From positions 50,034,001-50,098,000 of the forward strand of contig NC_134468.1 of the NCBI RefSeq assembly GCF_964194025.1: a stretch of DNA of 64,000 nucleotides, given 5' to 3'. The translations under genes were made by a program, and so were the position numbers. This document shows positions 22,312 through 32,519 of this stretch, piece after piece. The notes beneath the pieces were generated by a model. That model ran no database searches and had not been told where the DNA came from. It was given only the letters and a program-made list of their open reading frames with translations. This stretch comes from Convolutriloba macropyga. Taxonomy: Eukaryota. Numbering within the stretch: position 1 is the first letter of the stretch; each line of letters opens with the position of its first letter.

Positions 22312-22690
22312 AACATATGTGACGCTAGGTGTGTACTTGAACCAGCAGTGCAGTGTACACTGTTTATTATATGTGGACCATATGTTTATAATTTGGAACA
22401 CATGTGACCCTAGTGTGTACTTGGACCAACGGTGCAGTGTACACTGTTTATTGGAATTGTCCATATGTTTATAACTTGGAACACATGTGACCCTAGGTGT
22501 GTACTTGGACCAACGGTGCAGTGTACACTGTTTATTGGAATTGTCCATATGTTTATAACTTGGAACACATGTGACCCTAGGTGTGTATTTGACGTCATTG
22601 TAGTGTACATTGGTTATTGGAATTGACCATATGTTGAACAGATGTGACCCTAGGTGTGTATTAAAATTAGAAACACATGTGAACCTACAG
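22312..22690. repeat. ~84-bp tandem repeat array rich in palindromes (about 4.5 units)
   Basis: GTGAC(C)CTAG anchors at ~22319, 22404, 22487, 22571, 22644. Core units contain CAGTGTACACTG, CACATGTG, CCTAGG, CATATG and TTATAA. Confidence 0.9.
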
Positions 22691-23056
22691 CAGTAGGGAA
22701 ATTTTGATAAGATTAAACATGTACCAGTGTACAATGAAATGCTGATAATAAAATGCGTTCTAGATAAGAATTGAGTTAGTACACACAATAGACTGTATCA
22801 ACCCATGTATAATAACTTAGAGCATATAACAGAGCATATACACTACCAAAAACAAAACCAAATTTGACCCCACACATAAATTGTCGAATTACACGTTGTA
22901 TAATACAACTTTAGAACTAGGTATTCATTTTCTTTAAACCTTGCGTTCAGTGCACTTTGCTTTCTTTCAAGAGTTCGTTACTAGACAAACATTATTTTTC
23001 AACCGTCTTTTATCAAATTGGTTTTAGTTTCTTTCTTAAAATTTGTGCAAAAAATT

Positions 23057-23752
23057 ATGTCAGTTCAAATACTTGCTGAATCTGTTATTTCTTTCGAGCG
23101 AACATTGGTTTATCAGACAGTGTTCGAAAACTTTGTTGTGCTGATTCAACAGAAGAGACAAGGTGATGTTTGGCAAACTTACCAGCACTGTTTGATACCT
23201 AAGCTTTTTATTAACGCAATTGCTTCTTTACCAGAGAAGACAGAACCAGCAGAATGCAGTGTTATTACATCAGGGGGACATTTACCTCCAAAAGCGTTGC
23301 CAAAATTTCAACATCTTGAAATGGAGTCATTACAAGACGACGTTAAACGAGTTTTGTTTCGTTACGATTGCGACTGTGTGCCTCTGTTTGAAAACCAGCT
23401 AGGGGCTTATCAAGCTTGCGAAAATTTAGGTGACATGTGGGGCATAAAGTCATCACCTTACTCCCCAGAGAACCAATCGCAATTGGATTCAGTCAGCTTG
23501 CCAGTAACACCAGCAGTTGATCCGAGTCCCAGTTTGACACCGACATCTAGTCCATCTCTCTTTGCTGGAATTCACAAGAACAATTCTACCGCTCTGCTCA
23601 GTGAAAACCAGTTTGATACAGCGTTACTTTCAGCTACACAATTTCAAAAACCAGAACCAGCACGTGTTTTTGGCGTTACAGACACGCCAAAGATTTGCAA
23701 TGCACCAAAGAAACGGCTACCTGAGAATTCTTTAATGGACTTATTTGATTGA
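23057..23752 (+). CDS. Polinton hypothetical protein with Ser/Pro-rich C-terminal half, 231 aa
   Basis: ATG at 23057 (the track used TTG at 23018); AATAAA at 23816. Confidence 0.7.
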   Translation: MSVQILAESVISFERTLVYQTVFENFVVLIQQKRQGDVWQTYQHCLIPKLFINAIASLPEKTEPAECSVITSGGHLPPKALPKFQHLEMESLQDDVKRVLFRYDCDCVPLFENQLGAYQACENLGDMWGIKSSPYSPENQSQLDSVSLPVTPAVDPSPSLTPTSSPSLFAGIHKNNSTALLSENQFDTALLSATQFQKPEPARVFGVTDTPKICNAPKKRLPENSLMDLFD

Positions 23753-25421
23753 CTTGAAAAACTTTGATGAATCACCACCATTTTATATTGTGAGACGCTA
23801 ACTTGATTTTGTTTCAATAAAGTGTGATGTCAACTTTTTGAATTTAACTTTTAATATCTGTTTTGTAGATTTAAATCTGCTGAGCCAAAGAAATTATAAT
23901 TTCTCTACTGATCAAGTTCGAACATGTTCAGAAGGGGTTTTAATTATGACGTAAACATTCGTTTCCTAACAAACCCTCAATTATTGCAACTACTGTGACG
24001 TGGTGTGAGAATTATATCCATAAATACTTTTCTCAATCTACGAAATTTTTGTTAGCATTATATTAAAAATGAAATTTAAGAGATATAGCCATAGGTTAGA
24101 GTAAGCGGTATTGACGCTAATGACATGCTAACTTCATACCACAGCTGTAGCATGGACTGAATTCCAATTTCAATTCATAAGTTGAAGAAATGTTGAAAAA
24201 AAAAGAAAAACAATCAAAGAAAATTTTCGAAAAAATACCTTTCAAACGTCAATTTTTGAAACTTATCTCAAAAGATGCGCTCTCCAGCTTACACTAGAAT
24301 CACCTCCCATTTGTTACTTGGGAATCAAGTGAAAGAAAAAGAGCATGTTTGTTAAAAAAAATCAAAAAAAAGTCAATAAAAAAATTTTTTTTTGACACAT
24401 GACCTCTGACATTTGACCCTAAAAAAGAGGGCTCCAAAAAATACTTGGGATGAAACTGATTGTTTAGTAAGCCTCAGCATACTCTAAAGTACAAAACATC
24501 TCATCACACTCGTCAAATTTTACTCATCCGTTATGGAGATAATTAGCCCCTAATTAGCGACTAATTAAGGGTTAATTAACCTAATTACTAATTACTGAAA
24601 AAAAAATTTCAAATTTTTGCAACGGATTTTTTATCACCGCTTGATGCCTGACATAATTGCTCATAAGCATCATCATCAAAAAATGGCTCCTTCACCGATT
24701 TTCAAAACATCTGGCAATCAATGTCACATTAACATCTGGCATTAATTAGCATATGAAGTACCCTAAGGAAAGATGTTAGATCGGCTTTCTTCACATTTTT
24801 GGACTTGATGGATCCTCAGTGCAAATTTATCTCATAACAGCTGTCATCAAAAAAGGCCTCAGAAAAAAGACACATGTTTATGTCATGTAATTGTCATGTA
24901 ATTGTTAATTAATGACTTGATTGACAGAAAAATAAACTTTTTTTCTGTTTATTTTTGAGCAATTTTTTCATATGGGTCCTATGTTTTTCGGCACGGGGAG
25001 CATTTTTGCTCATCACACTTAAGAACGTAGGACAACTCTAACCACCCGTAATTGAAAATGCATAAAATAGCGCATTTTATTACAATTTTAAAAATTATCA
25101 TGTTTTTCCAGCTTCTCCAAAAACGTTTTTTGAAAAAAAAAATGACCAGCAATACTCTGTAGGGCTCCTTATGGTGATATATTCTGGCATAGGATTGCAA
25201 TGGAGATTTGAAAACACATCTTTTTTCTCTCATAACTAACAAAATTTCGAAATAAAGGTAACCGCCAAAACCGACCAATCAGATTGCAGCATTTTGAAAT
25301 TTTGAATTTCGCGCACAGAAATTACATTCGTGTTTCAGTTTTGGTGAGCTTAGTCATTTCCGAGTTATTTACTTGTTATCAAAGTTCTGTTAGAATTTGA
25401 AATTCATCAAAACTATTAGAA

Positions 25422-28400
25422 ATGGTCTATTCATGCAACTTCTGTGACGCTACGTTTAGCACTCGTGGGAACCGTTCAAGACATCAACATAAATTCCATC
25501 CAGACGATGTTGGCCTTCCTGTTTACAACTGCTCCCTATGTGTGTTCAATTCACGGAAACTGTCTGAATTGGAACAGCATATGCGAACTTGCCACTCGAA
25601 GTTTACAAACTGCTGCCGATCGTGCTTCATGGGATTCAATGATGCGCACTTGTTTGCGCAGCATATGAACTCCCTTCACTCGCTGCCGGTATTTGGACCT
25701 GAATACCAACCGAAAGAGGCTACAGCGGAGACAGCCTTCAACGGTGTGTTACAAACTTATGAAATTGTCAATAACACAGCTGACAGAGATCTTGAGAGCT
25801 TCATGCTCAATCAAAGATCTGCAATTGCAACGCTAATTGAGCAAAGGCTGAGCCAAGGACCACAGAAAGTACAATTTGCGGTAAAAGTACAGTTATTGAA
25901 GCTGCATCAAGATGAAAACGCAACCGAAACGGAGGAGCGCATTGAAATTTATGCCAACTCCCTCATGACGCCCATTTACGTAGAGGGTCTCACAAACGAG
26001 TTGTACTGGAGCATGGTGGAGAAAATGATGGCTGTCTTGTCTACGTTTGCTTCATCTGGAAGTGGTTGAGTTGTTGAAAAAATAATCAAACTTGACATCA
26101 AATTTGCCCGCTACCGACCAATTCGCGGCTCATCCTATCTTGCCTTACCCCATAAGCTCGCAAACTGTCGCGGATTACTCAACATTCGAAACCACGACGA
26201 TGCCAATTGTTTCAACTATTGCTTCGTGGCAGCGTATCATGCGCATCATGGAATCAGTCTTGATAGAGATGACAGGAACTATCATATTGACAAAACATCC
26301 CCAGCAACATATCAGCAAGAGAACATTCACCAACCTGTAGGCGAATTTGAAATGCCAATGGCATTTGAGCAAATGAAAGCCTTTGAAACCCTCAATGATG
26401 TGGCAATCAACGTCTTTGGTTACGATAAAGGACAACTTTACCCTCTACGAGTCTCCTCTTTTGAATCAGATTTTGTTATGGATCTTTTACTTCTTTATGA
26501 TGCCGACATTTATCACTATGTTCTCATTACTGACCTTGTGAAAGTCGTTTGTAAAGTTAGAGACCTGAAATTCAGATTTGGTTATCGCATTTGTCGTAAT
26601 TGTTTCTGGTTGTGTCGTGATGGACTGGAAAGCTATAATATTCATACTGAAAATTGTTATCTAAATGCCCCTGCAGTTATTCAAATGCCATCACCAGATA
26701 AAAATGAATACAAGTTCTCAAATTTTTCAGCTACGTGGTTTGTTCCTCTGGTCATTTATTTTGACTTTGAATCTTTTCTCATACCCGTCGCTGGATGTGA
26801 TGCAGCAACTGACCAATCATCAACACGCGTGATTGAAAAGCACGAGCCATGTGGATTTGCTTTGGCAGTTGTTGATCATCACTCGAACGTTCCCTATTTT
26901 CATCATGTGGACAGCTCAGAAGATTGTATGGGCAACTTTGTTCGAATGCTGCATTCGTTAGCAAGGGACATACATGAACGCAAAAAACAGTTTCCTTTCT
27001 ACAACGGAAGTCGGAGAAGCTTGGACAAAAAGAGCGCTACACACTGTTGGATATGCGAAGAACCATTTGACAGCGATCTTGACCCCGAAGAGAGCATAGA
27101 TTTAGACCATTGTCATTTTAGTGGCCAATTCTTGGGCTGGGCACACGAAAAGTGTAATCGAGCGAGACGGTATGTCAATTTTACGCCTGTGGTCGGTCAT
27201 AACATACAAAACTATGACTTACATCATATTTGTCTTGCTCTGAACAACTGTGAGTCTACCACAACAATAAAAATCATTCCGTCAACAGATGAGAAATACA
27301 TATCAATGACATTCGGAGTTCTGATTGATACTATTACAACTCAAGAAGGAAGAACACAAAAAATTTACGAGTATTTAAGATTCATCGATTCGTACAAAAT
27401 GATGAACAGTTCGCTGGAAAAACTTGTAGAAATTTTACCTGACACACATTTCGATATCATGAAAGCAATGTTCCCGTCGGTTTCCGAATCAAACGCACAC
27501 TTACTCAAACAAAAAGGATATTATCCTTATACTTATGTATGTGATCGTACAAAGTTTTCTGAGCAATCTCTACCACCCCTCTCAGAATGGCGCAATACAT
27601 TAGAAGGCGGAAAATTGGCTGTTAGTGAAGAAAATTTAGGTCATGCTAACCAAATGTGGACGTTATTGGGGTGCAAAACTTTACAAGACTATCATGACGC
27701 ATACCTTAAACTTGACTGCGCACTATTAGCTTGTGTATGTGAGTTTCACCGTGAACTTAGCTTTCGAACATACAAACTCGACTGCATGCATTTCTACACT
27801 CTCCCCAATATGGCAAAAGAAGCGTCACTAAAGATATGCAGGGCAAACATTGAGCTGATGACAGAGCGAGAACATTTGGACATGATTGAACCGGCAATAC
27901 GAGGAGGAGTAACATCTGTTTACGAGGAGCGTCATTTTGTTGCAAATAATAAGTATTTATCGGATTACCGGCCCTCTGAGGAGTCAACTTTTGCGCTCTG
28001 TGTAGACGCAAATAATCTCTATGGAGGTGTCATGCAAATGGACATGCTACCAGTGGGGGAATTCGCCTTCAACGTAGAAATTACCCTTAACGAAATCCTC
28101 AATACCCCTAACGACGCTTCAGTTGGTTATTTTCTTGAAGTAGACTTAAATTACCCTGTCCACTTACACGATGACCACCGAGACTTTCCGCTTGCCCCTA
28201 CCAAAGAAATTGTTCAAGATGATTGGTTGGGCGAATATCAACTTGAGCTAAAAGAACAACACAGATTACCCAGCTCGAATGTTAAAAAGTTGCTTCAAAC
28301 GCTATTCGACAAAAAGAACTATGTATTGCATTACAAACTGCTCAAATTATACGTTAGTCTTGGATTAATTGTTGCCAAAGTACACCGTGTCCTACAGTTC

Positions 28401-29771
28401 AAACAAGCGAATTGGTTAGCGCCCTATATAACACTCAACAGTAATAAACGTCAAGCCGCCAGCAATAAATTCGAAGAGAACTTTTATAAGCTCATGAACA
28501 ATGCAGTATATGGTAAGAATTGCGAATCGAAACGCAGACGAAGTAAGCTTACCATTGCACGAGATGCTGATCAAGTTCTGAGTTCCATTTCAAAGTTTGA
28601 GTTTGATCGGTTCATGATATTCGGAGATAACCTGGCCGCATTGTCATTCCGCGCTAGAAAGATTTATTGGAATACCCCAACAATAATTGGAGCAACTATA
28701 CTTGATCTGGCCAAGTATCAAATGTACAGTTTCCATTACTTCATAATGCGCGCTCATTTTGATTGTCGTTTGTTATATAGTGACACGGATAGTTTACTAT
28801 ATAAAATCAGGAGTACAGACTTTTATGAGGAATTAGCAAGAAAGCCCGCTTCAGTTGTTAGTGAATTCGATTTCTCCAATTATCCGAATGATCACTATTT
28901 ATACAGTACGGAAAATAAACGGGTAGTCCTCAAGTTTAAGGACGAATTTGCAGGAGATTTTATTACGGAGTTTGTGTGTTTAAAGCCGAAACTATACTCA
29001 ATACTCTCAAAAAGTAAGTATTCTTTGTCTTTTCTAATGCATGTTAGTTCTATCTTTAAATTACAAAGGTTGTTAGTAGGCTCCTGAATGGTATTAGTTT
29101 TATTATTATATACATAGGGGTTAGTAAACATATAAAGACTTGATTAAAGGCTTTTTTTCTCTTTAGGTTGTCGAAAACTTTCGGCTAAAGGAGTAACAAA
29201 GGCCGCTCAACAACGTCTCCGGCATGATGATTTCTTGAGCACACTGACAACAGGGAACGTGTTTCGCACTGAAAACACAAGAATAATGTCCGATCATCAT
29301 GTATTGGAAACTGTTACTACCAACAAAATATGCCTTTCAGCGTTCGACAACAAAAGGTTTATTCTACCCTGCGGAACAAAAACTCTACCCTTTGGACATT
29401 ATGAGACCGTTGATTGTGGTGTGGATGAAATTGATTGGGGTAGTGATGATATTCAGTGGGATAATGACAGTTACTCAAACTTACTTCTCAGCTCTAGTCC
29501 AGAATGGGATAATGACTTTGTAGTGTCCCAAACTTCCTCAACAGCCGCTCTCTCAGTGCCAGACTCCACCACCAGCTCTTGGGAGACTCCCGACCCAGGA
29601 TTAGTAGTAACTGAGCAGATAACTGAATCTGATATTGATACTGACGATATTGCAGATATTGACGCCAGTTCCAGTGAAAGCTCCTCTCCTGACAACCCCT
29701 TCATAAACTTTGAAGCTGAAGAAGCAAGCAGCAGCGAAGAAGAACCAGCACGCAAAATAAGACGGCGCTAA
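25422..29771 (+). pseudogene. polB: Protein-primed family B DNA polymerase; two exons (25422-29013, 29167-29771) and one premature TGA at 26067-26069
   Basis: Three C2H2 fingers, then GSG*VVEK continuing in the same frame. OTU-like NCF...HYVLI segment, ExoI YFDFES, EndoVII-like CWIC...DHCH...CN, ExoII HNIQNYD, PolA DANNLYG, PolB KLMNNAVYGK, PolC YSDTDS. After splicing: SAKGV...DNKR...TLPFGHY. Confidence 0.95.
29014..29166 (+). other. Spliceosomal GT-AG intron in pPolB (153 bp, phase 1)
   Basis: GTAAGT donor; CTTTTTTTCTCTTTAG acceptor; in-frame stop inside. Removal gives KPKLYSILSKSCRKLSAKGV. Confidence 0.9.
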
Positions 29772-29940
29772 TGCCAATTTAATTGCATGCAATTTTGGTG
29801 AAACTGCGTGTAGTAATACACAGTGTAAATATTTAATTTGTTTGGAGTGTTTAGTTTGGTTTCAATTCAATCTTTTCTTACAAATCTAACAAACCGGAGA
29901 AAGGCGCAAAGGGAAAGGAATAAAAGCGGAAGAAAGCTAG

Positions 29941-30065
29941 TTTACATGTATCACGCACGGCCGTTGTTTTACATGTAGCGCCGCCAAGGATAACCCCCTA
30001 TTATCACACGTATTAATTCGAAGGATAACCCCCCCCCTATCTTAGTACCCTATTATCTTACTACT
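29941..30065 (-). repeat. Right terminal inverted repeat (125 bp)
   Basis: Reverse complement of 13511-13633; followed by the GATGTC TSD. Confidence 0.97.
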
Positions 30066-30210
30066 GATGTCAGAATTTTGATGCAGTTTGGTTATCGGTG
30101 GTGAAATTTGTTTTCACCGCAAGTTAGTTGCACTAAAAAATTTGGTGCTAGTTTTTGCCCATGAAAAGAGTGCAGCATCACTTTGTTTTTGGATGATGTT
30201 ATTTTCACAG

Positions 30211-30370
30211 ATAAACAAGTCCAAGATGCCCTTCAAGCAAATGGAGAACATCGGAAACTTCCTGGATGCATGTGCGAAATTTGGGGTGAAGCAGCACGAT
30301 ATGTTTCAGACAGTAGATCTTTACGAGGGCCAGAACATGTCACAAGTAGTCAATGGCATTTACGCTCTAG
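30211..30370 (+). CDS. Host calponin/transgelin-family gene, coding exon (C-terminal half of CH domain)
   Basis: ttttcacAG acceptor; INKSKMPFKQMENIGNFLDACAKFGV...DMFQTVDLYEGQNMSQVVNGIYAL(G). The donor appears to be GC at 30371. Confidence 0.92.
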
Positions 30371-30579
30371 GCTAGCTATTAATTTGGATTCAGTAAGCTC
30401 CCAATTGCACTAAAACTGATTTTTGTTAGTCAATGGCTTAACTATACATGACGGAGCACTAATGCTGTCTGTACTATCCTTCTATGCAAAATTTTGAATT
30501 AGCGTGGAAACTAAATTAAATTAGAAACTAGGTTAAGTAAATTTTGATGGTAACAAATACATAAAACTCAACAAGGAGG

Positions 30580-31010
30580 CTGAGTTTGCACATAAGGTTG
30601 CGACCCCCGCTCATCCATATTCTTCACATAATTGGCTAACAAATGATGAAGAGATACAAAAATTTCAAAAACGTACATATCGCTCAACGAACAACTAATG
30701 AAAAAAATAATATAGGGCCGCTGAAACTTCTTGTTAAAAGGACTACTAGAAAAGACAGTCATAAAATGAAATAACAAATATTAATTACGACCAAAACTCG
30801 ATTTCCATATTTAAAAATATAACGAAACCAAACTCGCGTCAGATAGAACCTAGACAAAACAGATAAACCTATACTTCATTAGAAAAGATCTCGGACATGT
30901 CCTTCTTCAATGCTACTGGGTAACAAAGTCAATAAAATCATTATATGTTAACTGAAATGTTCTTTTATATCTAAAGAAGAAGTAATTGAGGCATTTCATT
31001 ATCCAGTACA
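30580..31010. repeat. Dispersed repeat; diverged copy at ~37500-37950
   Basis: Shared blocks cgacccccgctcatcca, cttgttaa.aggactac, attaattacgac, tacttcattagaaaag, ctgggtaaca. Confidence 0.6.
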
Positions 31011-32519
31011 CAACATACGACTACAAAAATAAGGAAAAATGGGTCTGCGAGATTTTGAAAAATTAATTGTCCCCGTACGCTCATGAAACATTAAAATGAC
31101 AAAAAAAAATGAAAAACCTTCAATGTTCATATCAGATTTTACTGTGCAGTTTACGATTGCGAGAAGAAGCGAACACGTAGTTTTCCAGAAAGAACAATGA
31201 AGCCATACATAAACGCTGACGAATTTTGAGTAATGATTACATGCCAAAAGGAAAATTAAAAAAAAATTGTGAGGTTTGTATTATGTGCTTGTGTGTGTTT
31301 AAGTCTGTGCGTGCGCTTGTGTGGGTGTATTCATTGATGTGCGTTTCTAATGTGTGTGGCTTTTGTATTGGAGAGAGGGAGAAAGGGACAGTTTGTGTGG
31401 GAGAGATAGTTAATTCAAGATAGTTAATTCAAGTTTGTGCTAGACACAAATAAAGAAGAGCGCAAAAACTGAGATAGAAAAATTAGAAAAACTAACTAAT
31501 ATTTGCTACAAATGGCTGCTTCAAATGTGTCCAATACCAAAACTGATAACACTCTCTAATAAAACTGCTGCAAGATTTTGAACATTTATTTGTCACATTG
31601 CGCTCATGAACTACGAAAATTGAAAAAATTTCCAAAAAATTGAGAAAGTTTTGTTTCAAGAATTAGTGTCAAGATTACAGTTACCGATACAATTGCCTCA
31701 AAAAGTCCACACCATAGAAAAAACAAAGAGGACCTATATCAACAGTGACGATTCTTGTGTAGTGACCAATTGACGAAAACAAAATGTTAAAATTGTATTT
31801 TTCTTGTGCTGGGCTTTGTGTTTGTGTGTTGGTGTTTGTTTGTGTAGTGTGTGCTTTTTTGTGTCTTCCTAGTGTATTAAACTTGTCTTTTGACAGTTTG
31901 TTCTTCTGAAAAAAGACGGAATATTTCTTGGTTCAAGAAGTACAAGTAAACTTTCTCTAATGCATATAAGTTCCTTTCGGACACTCCCAACGGTTTCTCT
32001 GGCAGAATTTATTGCTACCATGACAGGTGTGTTGAAAAATTCTGTGATACGCACAGACTCGCACGAGCCGTTACGTTTAATCTAAGCATTGATTACCTGT
32101 ATGAGGATATTGATGTTAGAATGATGCTCATTCTGTATGCAGATATATTTTTTGCAATCGAAACAATACCACGAATACAGCAAAATATTGGAAATAAACA
32201 ATTTCGAGATATATTTTCATATCGCATGAGTTAAGCAACGCTTCTAAAAGGGAACTGAAAACGTTGAGCAGCGAAGTGTCTATATAAGCCTATGTTACAG
32301 CGGACAGTAGTACTATCCAGTAGCCTGATAAAATGGAATACTTGGACGTCCACATAGAACGAATACTTAGGTTTCAAACAGAACGAAAATCCCCCAAATG
32401 ACACATAGAAAAGATGAAGTTATTTCTTTTCAGCTCTAGTTAGTGATTAATCACCATTATCAGGTCAATATTAACCCAAATCAATTGAAGTGGGCGTAAA
32501 GGCGTTTTACTTAAGAACA

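Larger units (their letters stand above)
13511..30065 (+). mobile_element. Full-length Polinton/Maverick (adintovirus-like endogenous virus), 16,555 bp
   Basis: TIRs begin AGTAGT and end ACTACT; 6-bp TSD GATGTC at 13505-13510 and 30066-30071. Encodes pPolB, RVE integrase, A32-like ATPase, adenain, and major and minor capsid proteins. Confidence 0.98.

Noticed and set aside
22312-22690. Possible CRISPR array
   Set aside because: Units are contiguous near-identical repeats with no unique spacers; no cas genes; eukaryotic context.
22225-22788. 187-aa minus-strand ORF and overlapping small ORFs
   Set aside because: Non-ATG start; the periodic peptide simply reflects the 84-bp repeat.
26067-26069. 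TGA as Trp or selenocysteine (alternative code)
   Set aside because: Other element genes end in TGA (14113, 15423, 17108, 23752) and Trp is TGG elsewhere; a point mutation is simpler.
29235-29771. Separate 178-aa gene
   Set aside because: It is exon 2 of pPolB: TTG start in the track, and it contains the polymerase C-terminal motifs.
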